This document shows, piece by piece, positions 39,224-48,901 of a stretch of DNA of 64,000 nt. Under the pieces are notes generated by a model. That model was given only the letters and a program-made list of their open reading frames with translations. It was not told where the DNA came from and did not search any database. Position numbers and translations under genes: made by a program. Position 1 is the first letter of the stretch. Each line of letters starts with the position of its first letter. Source of the stretch: Thermoanaerobaculia bacterium (GTDB taxonomy: Bacteria > Acidobacteriota > Thermoanaerobaculia > Multivoradales > Multivoraceae); assembly GCA_963664405.1 (NCBI GenBank), contig OY761158.1, forward strand, positions 4,000,001-4,064,000, written 5' to 3'.

Positions 39224-39792
39224 GATCTACGATTCTGTTTCTTCTGTTGGCTCTACTTTCTCTGCCCGCGTTGGCTGTTGCGCAGGAGCCGGAAACTAGC
39301 GGAGGGGCCGAGGCTCCTGCCGGCGAGGACGAGGCGGGTGATGAATCGGCAGCGGCGCCGCCTGAAGAAGACGGCCCTTCGCTGGACGCCATCGAGCGGA
39401 TGTTGCTGGAAGATGAGGCGGTGCTAGAGGGATCGGGTTACACCTACAACTCGGGAGACCGCCGTGATCCGTTCCGTTCGTTGCTGCGAGTTGTCGAGGA
39501 GCCGGACATACTTGGGGTTCGCCCTGACGGCGTGCCGGGGTTACTCATCGACGAGATTGAAGTTACCGGCGTTTTCGTAACGGGTGACGGTCCGGTTGCG
39601 CAGGTGCAGTCTTCGAGCAAGGACAAGAGTTACCTCGTGCACATCGGGGATGCATTCTATGACGGCGAGATCGCTGAAATTCGGTTCGAGCGCAGTTCCA
39701 CCGCCGAGGTGGTCTTTAAACAGGATGTAAGGGACCCGACGGCGACCAAGCCCTTCCGTGAGGTCGTCAAGCAGCTCAACCCCGATGACTAG
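39220..39792 (+). CDS. pilP: Type IV pilus assembly protein PilP-like
   Basis: GTG overlapping the pilO stop, signal peptide, RRDPFRSL motif and operon position. Confidence 0.8.
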   Translation: MRSTILFLLLALLSLPALAVAQEPETSGGAEAPAGEDEAGDESAAAPPEEDGPSLDAIERMLLEDEAVLEGSGYTYNSGDRRDPFRSLLRVVEEPDILGVRPDGVPGLLIDEIEVTGVFVTGDGPVAQVQSSSKDKSYLVHIGDAFYDGEIAEIRFERSSTAEVVFKQDVRDPTATKPFREVVKQLNPDD

Positions 39793-39816
39793 AGAAGGGG
39801 CGGAGGCGAGAGAGAT

Positions 39817-40449
39817 ATGGGGGACAAAGTGACAGCTGATAGTAGATCGGCTTGTTTTTTCGAAGGCGTTCATTGGCGGACGCTGACCTTTGTGTGCCTG
39901 CTAGCGTCGATGCTGCCATGGGCGGCATTCGCCGGTGACAGCTCGCTGTCTAGGATCCCAATAGCGACGCCTGAGGACCCCTTTGTCGCCCCCCTCCCAG
40001 CGGGGAATCGGGCAACTCGGCTCGAAGGGGTGGAGGTCGTGGACCGAGGTTCGGAAACTTTGGTACGGATCGTCGGTAACGGCGAGTTCGCGTACTCCAG
40101 TTTTCAGCTGGAGGACCCGCCGCGATTTGTAGTTGACCTCGAGGGCGCTCAAAAGACCAGCGGCGACTCGAATCTCCTGGTCGCCTCGGCGACGGTGGAA
40201 CGGGTGCGACTGGCTCAGTTCCGATCGGCTCCCGAGCCGGACTCACGAGTCGTCTTCGACCTTCATGAGTCGGCCCAACCCTGGGTGGCTCGAGACGCAG
40301 ACGGTCTGCTGGTGCTCTTCGCGGCCGGCAGTCCGGAGATTAGCGACGGCGGGCCGGCAGCATTGGAGCTTCCTTTGGACCTGCCAGAGCCGGTTGAGCT
40401 TCCTTTGGAGGCCACCGGGGAAGTGGCGATCGATCCGGAACCCTCGAGG
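39817..40449 (+). pseudogene. pilQ: pilQ segment 1 (signal peptide and AMIN domain)
   Basis: FQLEDPPRFVVDL...RVVFDL AMIN motif. Interrupted at 40450 by an inverted-repeat element. Confidence 0.85.
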
Positions 40450-40928
40450 TTGAGAGTGAGCACGATAATCGATGGGAATGTTGGCCATTCTGAGCACGGT
40501 AGGTGAGGGAAGGGTGTTTGGTCCCTCAAGTAGTGTGCTCAAGACTAGGTCCGTCGGCATCATCCCCGCCGAAGGCGGGCCGTCGGGGCCTGACGCGCAG
40601 TCCATACTTGTTCTTTCGCTGATCACGCTGAACGAGGGCTGACACGCAGCGATGGGATGAACGGCACGCTATCTGATGGGCGATCGAGGCGGTTCGCCGA
40701 GCTTCCATCGCGCTTGGGCCCCTGGTTGCGCCCTCAGATACCTTGAACGGAACACCCATTCCCACCAGACAACGTGATCGGGTTTCCTCGAATCGCCATC
40801 AAATACTGTGAACAAGACCGTCTGAGGCAAGTGGCAGCGAAACGCAGCTTCGGCTAAGTCCTTCAAAAGGCTACGCGACCATCACTTATCGTGATCGGAC
40901 CGCCATCGATTATCGTGCTCACTCTCAA
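40450..40928. mobile_element. ~480-bp non-autonomous element (probably IS21-type MITE) inserted in pilQ
   Basis: Perfect 26-bp TIR TTGAGAGTGAGCACGATAATCGATGG / CCATCGATTATCGTGCTCACTCTCAA, with subterminal repeats. Removing 481 bp restores the pilQ frame (EPSRVTEAEPARVA). Confidence 0.88.
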
Positions 40929-40930
40929 GG

Positions 40931-41581
40931 GTCACAGAAGCGGAACCCGCCAGGGTTGCCAAAGACCGGGCCATCGAGGAGCCGGATGGGAATCTCTCGC
41001 CTATCCTGCCGGTGGTATCCGCTGAGCCCGACCTCGATGAGATGGTGGTGGCTCGACTGGAAGCGCCGCCCATCGTCGTAGCCGGCCCGGGGCTTATCAC
41101 TTTGCCTGAGGGCGCTGTTGTATTGCCGCAGCCGGTCGCAGCTAGAACCGAGCCGATGCGCCAGGAGGCTGTCTTTGTGAGCACGGCTGTAGTAGAGCGA
41201 GAGACTGAGCCGGCTGCACAGCCTGTCCCTGCCTTCGAAGACCGTACCGAAACGCTCCTTGCTTCGATCGGTGCCGGTACCGAGGCGGAGCAAGAGCTCC
41301 CTGACGAAGCCCCTGCCCTAGCGCCACCGCAACCGTCGCCACAGCCGCAACCGTCGGCACAGCCAGAGCCGGTGCTTGCTATCGCGGAGTTCGCACAGGC
41401 GCCTGAAGTCGAAGCCCCGGTCGCAGAGACGGCCGTGGTGCCAGAGTTTCAGGCTCCTGCTCCGGAGCCGGTGACCATCACTCAAGCCGGGCTTGGCGGT
41501 GTGCCGTTCATCGCGGTTGCGCAGCAAGAGTCCGTCGCGCCGAGCATCGAGGCGGCTGAAGAGGGTAGTGGCGGTGCCGGT
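40931..41581 (+). pseudogene. pilQ: pilQ segment 2 (Pro/Glu/Ala-rich linker)
   Basis: Open frame that is continuous with segments 1 and 3 once both insertions are removed. Confidence 0.8.
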
Positions 41582-41590
41582 TGTTACCGG

Positions 41591-41947
41591 CTACGAGAAA
41601 GCGCACTTAGTTGGCTGCGAGTCGGTTTTTTGTCCCCGCGAGGCGTGACTCAGGGTGTGGCGCAGATAGTCGAGGTACCCCTCGGGGGGTGGCGTCGTGG
41701 GGAGTTCTCGGAGGATGGGGAGAAAGTAGGCGAGGGATCGGATGGGCTGGAGCTTTGGTAGGCGCGGATCTCGGCATGCGCGTCGGGCGGAGCCGAGGAG
41801 GAGGGCGGCCTGGAGGACGGTGAGAGGCAGGTCTTGGTCGAAGAGCTGGTCGACGATGACGCGGTCGCCGTGGTGGAAGCGGTGCGGGGTGTCGGGAAGG
41901 AGTCGATAGAGGCGGAGGAGCTGGCGCCGATAGTGGCTTCGGGTCAT
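41591..41947 (-). CDS. IS-borne hypothetical protein downstream of istB (118 aa)
   Basis: ATGA overlap with the istB stop. Helical protein with PIRSLAYFLP motif; its stop codon lies inside the terminal repeat. Confidence 0.7.
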   Translation of the reverse strand: MTRSHYRRQLLRLYRLLPDTPHRFHHGDRVIVDQLFDQDLPLTVLQAALLLGSARRACRDPRLPKLQPIRSLAYFLPILRELPTTPPPEGYLDYLRHTLSHASRGQKTDSQPTKCAFS

Positions 41948-42738
41948 GAGCGTCGTCGTGCTGCGCTCCGCCTTTTGGCGCGGTCCTTGGCCTTTTTTTC
42001 AGCAGCCTCCTTGGCCTCCTTGCGGCGATAGGAGTTAGCCTCGATCTTGACGATCTCGGCGTGGTGGGTGAGTCGATCGACGAGAGTGACGACGCAGGAG
42101 GCGTTGGGAAAGACCTCGGCCCATTCGGCGAAGGGCTTGTTGGTGGTGAGAAGAATGGGCTTGTTGCCGTATCTCCTGGAGACGACCTCGAAGAGGAGAT
42201 CCGCGTGGCGGTGGTCGTAGGAGAGATAGCCGAGCTCATCGATTGCCAAAAGCGAGGGTCGGGTGTATTTGGAGAGCCTTCTCTGGAGCGCCGAGGGGGT
42301 TTCCTGGACGGCGAGATCGTTGAGCATGTCGGAGGCGGTGACGAAGCTGGCGGTGGCCCCTCGTTGCAGCGCCTGGTAGAGGAGGTTCTTGGCAATCATG
42401 GTCTTGCCGACACCGTTGGGTCCGAGGAGGATGACGTTGGTGATGTCGTCGAGGAATTGGAGGGTGAGCAGATCCTGGATCTGCTCGCGGTCGATGCGCT
42501 GGGGCCAGGAGAAGTCGAAGTCGGCGATGCTCTTGAAGAGCCCGACGCGGCTGGTGCGGATGCGCCGTTCGAGGCTGCGCCGTTTGCGCTCGGCCTCTTC
42601 TTTGCGCAGCAGCTGTTCGAGCCAGGGCTGTTCTCGGTAGGTGCCCCAGTCGTCGACGAGGGCGTAGAAGCCGAGGGATCGGGCGAGCTCTCGTAGTGGT
42701 TCGTCAGGGATCGTTGGACTCTTCCTGGGTCGGGCCAT
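41944..42738 (-). CDS. istB: IS21 helper AAA+ ATPase IstB
   Basis: DFDFSW, GPNGVGKT, LLAIDELGY, TTNKPF and DRLTHHA. Confidence 0.95.
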   Translation of the reverse strand: MARPRKSPTIPDEPLRELARSLGFYALVDDWGTYREQPWLEQLLRKEEAERKRRSLERRIRTSRVGLFKSIADFDFSWPQRIDREQIQDLLTLQFLDDITNVILLGPNGVGKTMIAKNLLYQALQRGATASFVTASDMLNDLAVQETPSALQRRLSKYTRPSLLAIDELGYLSYDHRHADLLFEVVSRRYGNKPILLTTNKPFAEWAEVFPNASCVVTLVDRLTHHAEIVKIEANSYRRKEAKEAAEKKAKDRAKRRSAARRRS

Positions 42739-44212
42739 CGTCGTTGCCTCCAAGTTGGTCGTAGTCCTCGAGGTTGTGCGGTCTCACGGAGAGATCTCGC
42801 TGTTGGAGCTCCTGGCTGAGCGGCACCGGTAAAGCCGGGGGCTGACCGAGGCCGCGCTGGTGCCGTTCGAGTAGGAGCCGGACGGACTGGAATCGCGGTG
42901 CGTGGTTCAGGAGCGCTTCGCGCACGGCTTTGTCGAGTCGCTGGGGGCCGTACTGGCGCAGGAGTCGGAGCAGGCCGGCGGTCTGCGTTCCGAGGTTCTC
43001 GCCTCGCTCGGCGAGCTGCTGCATCAGCTCTTCGCATCGAGGCACAGCGGAAAACAGCCGATGGAAGCCCCGGTGTCGTCGGGCCCTGCGTTTGTGAGCG
43101 AGGAGCTCCTCGAGGTGTTGAGGATCGAGGATCTGCTCGCCCCGGGAGTACGAGCGAGGGTGCTCGGCGAGGAGCTCCTGGCCATCGAGGATCCGCACCC
43201 GATGCTCGCTGGCGAGGAGCGTGACGGTCCTCTGCACATGACTGTGCGGCACCGAGTAGTCGTTGAGGTCGAAGCGCACGATCGGCGTCTTTCTGACCTT
43301 GATCTCCAGTCGCAGGTCGGTTTCGAAGTCGTCTCCGGGAAGCTCAAGCAGTCGAGGTCGTTCCTGGGCCAGGGCGCTTTTCACGGTTCGCTGTCGGTCC
43401 TGCGGCCAGGGTCTGCGCTGCGACCTCTGGCACCATTCCAGGACCTGCCGATTCAGACGATCCAAATCGCTCACCGTTCGGGCGCCGAAGAACGAGCTTC
43501 GCAGGAAGCGGATTGCGCGCTCGACGCGGCCTTTCTCATTTCCCCGAGCCACCGCGGCGACGGTGGGAAGGAAGCCGTAGTGGCTGGCGAAATCGAGCAG
43601 CACGGGATGGAAGCGCACCGCGGTTCCCTGCCGCTCGATCACCGCGGTTCGCAGGTTGTCGTACAGAACGGTCCTGACGACGCCGTCGACGTAGTGGAAG
43701 GCCAGCTGGTGAGCGTGCAAGAAGGTTTCGAGACGAGTGTCGAGGGTGAAGTGCACGAAGACCGTGCGCGAGAACGACAGCACGAAGACGAAGGCATAGA
43801 GCCGACGATGTGCCCGGCCGACGCGGAGCCGACCGAAGTGGCCCCAGTCGACCTGCGCCTGCTCTCCTGGCAGCATGCGCAGCGAGAGAAACGCCTCGCG
43901 CTGGGGCTTCGGTCGCATCGAGGCCACCAGGTGGCGAAACTGATCCGGGCCTCCTGGATAGCCGCGCTCCACCACCATGGTGTAGAGACGGCTCGCCGGC
44001 AGTCGTGGGTAGGTCCCGAGCACCTGCTCGATGAACGGCAGGTAAGGATCGATCATCCTCCCTCGTCGCTGCTGGGGTAGCACGCCGGACTTCTCCAGCG
44101 CCCGGCGCACGGTTGAGGGGTGCAGCTGTAGCTGTCGAGCGATCGTGCCGACTTTCCACTTCTCGACCAGGAACAGACGACGGATCTCCCCGCGCAGCTG
44201 TGCGTCGATCAC
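42704..44212 (-). CDS. istA: IS21 transposase IstA
   Basis: N-terminal HTH, PGEQAQVDWG, VLYDN, KGRVERAIRF and NDYSVP. Confidence 0.95.
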   Translation of the reverse strand: MIDAQLRGEIRRLFLVEKWKVGTIARQLQLHPSTVRRALEKSGVLPQQRRGRMIDPYLPFIEQVLGTYPRLPASRLYTMVVERGYPGGPDQFRHLVASMRPKPQREAFLSLRMLPGEQAQVDWGHFGRLRVGRAHRRLYAFVFVLSFSRTVFVHFTLDTRLETFLHAHQLAFHYVDGVVRTVLYDNLRTAVIERQGTAVRFHPVLLDFASHYGFLPTVAAVARGNEKGRVERAIRFLRSSFFGARTVSDLDRLNRQVLEWCQRSQRRPWPQDRQRTVKSALAQERPRLLELPGDDFETDLRLEIKVRKTPIVRFDLNDYSVPHSHVQRTVTLLASEHRVRILDGQELLAEHPRSYSRGEQILDPQHLEELLAHKRRARRHRGFHRLFSAVPRCEELMQQLAERGENLGTQTAGLLRLLRQYGPQRLDKAVREALLNHAPRFQSVRLLLERHQRGLGQPPALPVPLSQELQQRDLSVRPHNLEDYDQLGGNDDGPTQEESNDP

Positions 44213-44216
44213 GCCC

Positions 44217-44612
44217 CTATCTCCGTCGGCAACGACGAAAGCTCGTTCGCACAAACTCTCGGCAGGCCTCTCCACACTGCATGCATCGCGGATTCCTCGG
44301 GTCGTAGCGCACTTCGCGCCTCGGAGTCTCGATCCGACACAGTGTCCTCCCCGAAGTACCGCCTGGGGTACCCTGATGCGTCACTTTCTCTGCCCGCTCG
44401 CGCTGGCGCCGACGGTAGCGGGCCTGACGGGCGGCATGACAATGCCGACCTCGGAGGCTTCGCTGGTACCGATGGCCGGCCGCCCGAGTCGATTCCCGAC
44501 GAGCCACCAGAGCACAAGCCCGGCAGTAACGCTGGCCACGGTCACAGTGCGAGCACAGCGAGATACGCCGACGGCATCGAGCACAGTCGAAGAGTCGGTA
44601 GTCCGGTCGCAT
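44217..44612 (-). CDS. IS-borne Cys-rich basic protein upstream of istA (131 aa)
   Basis: GGGAGG RBS; CARC...CSHCDRGQRYC..C and CMQCG motifs. Ends 4 nt before the istA start. Confidence 0.72.
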   Translation of the reverse strand: MRPDYRLFDCARCRRRISLCSHCDRGQRYCRACALVARRESTRAAGHRYQRSLRGRHCHAARQARYRRRQRERAEKVTHQGTPGGTSGRTLCRIETPRREVRYDPRNPRCMQCGEACREFVRTSFRRCRRR

Positions 44613-44976
44613 CGTCGCCTCCCATTCGACGACGACCCCGACTCTCTGCCATACTGCAAGCGCAGCTAATGCTGCGGTTTGGGGCAGAGCCCGGGGCGTT
44701 TTCTACTTCGCTTTCCCGGGCTCTCGCCGTCTCTGGTCGGCCTGCTCTATCAGAGCAGAGCCCGCACTGCAAAGCCCTACACCGACTCACGCATCTCTTC
44801 CGACCGCAAACACGCCGCCGGGACCACGCACCCGGACCGCCGTTCCGGCGGGATGATGCCGCCCTTCCTGAAGAAGGCCTAGCTTTCCCGCGGTCGCGAA
44901 GCCCTCAGCTCACTCCATCCCGGAAACTGCGCTCGCAGCCAACGGGATGCGCTTTCTCGCAGCCATCAACACCGGT

Positions 44977-46248
44977 GGCGTGCCCGGTTTCGGCGTCACT
45001 AATGTGAGCGGTCAGAAGCAGTATTTCGGCGACCCCATCAGCATGAGTCTGAAGGACGCCGACATCACGGAGGTTCTCCGCTCGATCGCTCGGATCAGCG
45101 CTCTCAACATCGTTATTCAGCCAGGAGTGTCGGGCCCTGTCACTGTCGAGCTCGACAGCGTTCCATGGGATCAAGCACTTGAGCAGATCCTCAAGATCAA
45201 TCAGCTTGGAATGGAGCTCGATGGCAACATCTTGCGCATCGCGCCTGTAGCCCGGCTGGCGCAGGAGGCTGTAGAACAGCAGAGGTTGATAGCCGCGAAG
45301 GCACTTTCGATACCGCTGACAACGGTGATGCGCCGAATCAGCTACGCGACCGCCGCCGAGCTCGCCTCGATACTCCAATCGGGTGGAGGTGGCGGAGGCG
45401 GAATCCTGAGCCAGCGTGGAAGTGTGATCGTCGATGCACGCACCAACACTCTGATTATTCAGGAGCTGCCTGGCTACATGGATCAGGTGATCCAGATCAT
45501 CGAGAACCTGGATATCCCCGAGGACCAGGTGATGATCGAGGCCCGCATCGTCGAGACCACCAAGAACTGGAACCGCTCCCTGGGTTTCAATTGGAGCTAC
45601 GACTTTATTGCTGATGCCCAACACGGCAACACGACCGGCCTCGAGTTCCCCAACAACATCGATACAGATGGCGGCGTATCGCTTCTGACCGGCGGCGCGA
45701 ACGGGTTCTTGAACATCGGCCTAGGGAACGTGCTCAACACCTTCGAGCTCGACGTCATCCTTCAGGCCGCTGAGTCGGAGGGCCTGGTCAACGTGATTTC
45801 GGCTCCGAAGGTGGCAACCCTCAACAACGAACGGGCGACGATCCAAAGTGGTTTGCAGATCCCGGTTCAGACGGTCGCGAACAACACCGTAACGGTTCAG
45901 TTCGTCAACGCCACTCTGCGCCTGGACGTGACGCCGCACATTACGGCAGAGGGGACTGTTCTGCTCGAGATCAACATTCAAAAGAGAGAACCGCTGCTCG
46001 TATTCGCCGTGGTGGGTGCGACTAACGCACCGATCGCCACACGAGAAGCGCGAACCCGGGTTCTCGTAAGAGACGGAGGCACTGCAGTGATTGGAGGCAT
46101 CTACCAAGTGAGCACCGACGAGAGTGAAGATAGGGTGCCAGGGCTCTCCAACATTCCGATCTTGGGACATCTGTTTAGGAACAAGAGCCGCGCCAACACC
46201 AACGAGGAGTTGATCATATTCATTACCCCCAGGATCATTCAGCTCTAG
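44977..46248 (+). pseudogene. pilQ: pilQ segment 3 (STN/N domains and secretin domain)
   Basis: ISMSLKDADI, VPWDQAL, DARTNTLII, QVMIEARIVE and VPGLSNIPILGHLF...ELIIFITPRI. Confidence 0.92.
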
Positions 46249-46266
46249 TTGGTAGGAAGGAAGGAC

Positions 46267-46824
46267 ATGAGAAGCCTGAGCAAGAAACTGCTTCCCTTTG
46301 TACTCGCACTCTTGTTGGTTGCCTGTGACGGCCGCGTAGAGAGGACTGACGGGGGCGGCGTGCTCCTGACGGTCAGCGATTTCGATGGCGTGCCATTGCA
46401 AGTGAGCGTCGACCTCGCTCGCCTCGACGGTTTCGTAGCGATTGATTCAATCACCATCACGAGCGTCATCAAGGATCTCGACTCGCAGGGGTCGGCTTTG
46501 ATGGACGTCGAAATGAGCTCTTACGAGGTTACCTTCAGCCGTGCGGGCTCTGGCACGCTGCTGCCGCCTCCGTTGGTCGCCAATATCTTCGGAAACACGC
46601 CGGCGGGCGGTACCAATGCTTACGAGAATCTCCCTATCCTAACGCTCGATCAGATCAACTCCCGGCCCTTGTCGGATCTCTTTTTTGAGAATGGCGGTTT
46701 TGACAAAGAGACGGGCTTGATCTCGATCCCGTTGAACATCACCATCCGGTTCTTTGGCCGCACTATCGCCGGTGAGGCGGTAGACACCGCCCCGGTCTCT
46801 TTTACCGTGCAGTTCGTGGCCTAG
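46267..46824 (+). CDS. Hypothetical beta-rich lipoprotein
   Basis: AAGGA RBS; MRSLSKKLLPFVLALLLVAC lipobox. Confidence 0.75.
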   Translation: MRSLSKKLLPFVLALLLVACDGRVERTDGGGVLLTVSDFDGVPLQVSVDLARLDGFVAIDSITITSVIKDLDSQGSALMDVEMSSYEVTFSRAGSGTLLPPPLVANIFGNTPAGGTNAYENLPILTLDQINSRPLSDLFFENGGFDKETGLISIPLNITIRFFGRTIAGEAVDTAPVSFTVQFVA

Positions 46825-46840
46825 ACGAGGAGAGCTTGCG

Positions 46841-48556
46841 ATGAAGCCCAGCAATCGGACAAGAATTTTCAGCCTCGCCCTAACTCTACTGGTTGGTGGG
46901 CTCGCGTGTTCGACGGATTCGCCTACGGAACCGGTCCAGACCCCGGCTCCGGGTGCCCCGGGTGGCGGTACACCTAGTGGCACGTGGAATATAAGCATTA
47001 CTTCGAACCGTTCTCAGCTTGAGGTTGACGGTCTGAATGCACGCATTAGCATTCGCGTTACCGATGCCGAGTCGGGCGCCCTCCCGCCTAACGGCGCGAG
47101 TATTTCGCTCGGTACGAGCCTTGGCGACTTCGAATCTGAGGGCAGCGGCATCCAGTCAGGCATCCTCGAGCTCTTCACAGGCAATGTTCAGGTTGCGCTT
47201 TTCCCCGGCAGCGAGGAGGGTACTGCGAGGCTGCAGGCTCAGCTCGAGGGCAGCGTCGGACAGCTGAACTTGCCGATCACGGCCGCCGGCGGCGACGAGC
47301 CCATTCCCACGGCCCTCTTCGTAGATCGGGTGGATCCAAGCTTCGGCAGTCCCGATGGCGGCGAGACGGTGAGAATCCTCGGCCAGGCTTTCGAGGAGCC
47401 GGTGCGCGTCTTCTTTGGCGGGGCTCCTGCTCAGGTTCAGTCGGTCAACTCTGGAACTATCCGTGTGATCACGCCGCGCAACGACACCGTGGACCTGGGC
47501 GATGTCCTTTCGGTCGACGTCGAGGTCCAAGTGAATGTCAACGAGGCGGAGCAGAGCTCCGATACCCTGGTTTCTGGCTTTACCTACACTCGCGGCGCCC
47601 TCGATCTCCAACCCGTGATCTTCTCCATCACACCGAACTCCGGGCCGAACGAGGGTGGCACGCGTGTCACCATCAACGGTGATGGCTTCTTGGCTCCGGT
47701 TCAGGTGCTCTTCGAGTCTCTCGAGGCTACGGTCGAGTCCGTTAGTCGGACCCAGATCGTGGTCTTGACTCCGGCAGCGACTGGCTTCGGGCAGGCGCTC
47801 CGGAACAGTCAGGTCAACGTGGTCGTGAGGAATCTCGAAAACGGGCTCACCTCCGATCCAGGTCTGTTCACGTACGGAGTGAGTCTCCTGGTCACCGCGG
47901 TAGACCCCAATACAGGCCCCTACTTCGGCGGGACCAACGTCACCATCTTTGGCCAGGGCTTTGACGAGCCTCTGGTTGTCGACTTCGGTACCGTGCGCCA
48001 GCAGGTGATCTCGGTCACTGGCACTGAGATTCTGGTGCGCACTGTCGGGTTGCTGGGTAGCGGAAGCTGCTCCAACTCGTCGCTGGGCTCTAACGTTACG
48101 AATCTGGAGACAGGTGAGACCGCTTCCGGGCCTCCGTTTATCTACCAGGAGATCCAGCTGAGTCCGTCCATTTCCGGAGTCTCGCCCTCACCGCTGAGGC
48201 AAGCGGGCGGGGTCGTGACCATCAGTGGGCGGAACTTCTTGGAGCCGATCGAGGTTACTTTCAACGATCGACCGGTGGAGATCACCAGCCTGTCCGAGAC
48301 ATCCATCACGGCCACGCTCCCTGAGATTCCCAACAGCGATCTCGACGCCGAAGATTGCAACGACAACGGCGACTCACAGGACGGCGAACGCTACATCACG
48401 ACGCCCTTCGATCTGGTTGTGGCGAACTCAGACACGGGTTGCTCCGACACCTTCTTGGTCAACGTGACCCCGAACAACACCAGCTGTCGGGATGACGTAG
48501 CGCCTGTCGAGGACGAGCCGACTCCGGTTCCGACTCCGACGACGGAGGCGCCCTAG
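46841..48556 (+). CDS. Lipoprotein with an Ig-like domain and about four IPT/TIG repeats
   Basis: GGLAC lipobox. Repeats VDPSFGSPDGGETVRILG, ITPNSGPNEGGTRVTING, VDPNTGPYFGGTNVTIFG and VSPSPLRQAGGVVTISG. Confidence 0.85.
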   Translation: MKPSNRTRIFSLALTLLVGGLACSTDSPTEPVQTPAPGAPGGGTPSGTWNISITSNRSQLEVDGLNARISIRVTDAESGALPPNGASISLGTSLGDFESEGSGIQSGILELFTGNVQVALFPGSEEGTARLQAQLEGSVGQLNLPITAAGGDEPIPTALFVDRVDPSFGSPDGGETVRILGQAFEEPVRVFFGGAPAQVQSVNSGTIRVITPRNDTVDLGDVLSVDVEVQVNVNEAEQSSDTLVSGFTYTRGALDLQPVIFSITPNSGPNEGGTRVTINGDGFLAPVQVLFESLEATVESVSRTQIVVLTPAATGFGQALRNSQVNVVVRNLENGLTSDPGLFTYGVSLLVTAVDPNTGPYFGGTNVTIFGQGFDEPLVVDFGTVRQQVISVTGTEILVRTVGLLGSGSCSNSSLGSNVTNLETGETASGPPFIYQEIQLSPSISGVSPSPLRQAGGVVTISGRNFLEPIEVTFNDRPVEITSLSETSITATLPEIPNSDLDAEDCNDNGDSQDGERYITTPFDLVVANSDTGCSDTFLVNVTPNNTSCRDDVAPVEDEPTPVPTPTTEAP

Positions 48557-48683
48557 GCTAGGGAAGTGTTGGAATAGTGATCTCGGCGCCCCGTGCGAGG
48601 ATGACTTCTCGTCCTCGAGCGGGGCGTCTCTCTTCGAGAGCGGATGGTTCCTTTTCGAACCCGTGATACACCGCGATCTTTGC

Positions 48684-48849
48684 CTAGACCAGCGTTTCCA
48701 AAGTTCGCGTACACATCTCGGCCCCTTCTGCCCGCTGGCGGTGTTACGCCTCCTCGATATATTGCCCAATATGCCTGCGTCGGCGCGCCTAGCCAGCGAA
48801 CAGAATGACCTCGAGCTATGCAGCCCGAACTTTGGAAACGCTGGTCTAG
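48684..48849 (-). mobile_element. MITE-like element, end-family A, copy 2 (166 bp, inverted relative to copy 1)
   Basis: Same TIR CTAGACCAGCGTTTCCAAAGT. The interior is a diverged reverse complement of 20095-20272. Confidence 0.87.
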
Positions 48850-48901
48850 AGTCATCTTCCCGCTAGACGCTCGTGGCAGTCGCTGCGTATACTCCAGTTG
48901 A

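Larger units (their letters stand above)
41582..44971 (-). mobile_element. IS21-family insertion sequence, 3390 bp, four ORFs, 5-bp target duplication CCGGT
   Basis: Ends TGTTACCGGCTACGAGAAAGCGCACTTAGTTGGCTGCGAG and (reverse complement) TGTTGATGGCTGCGAGAAAGCGCATCCCGTTGGCTGCGAG. CCGGT at 41577-41581 and 44972-44976. Confidence 0.95.
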
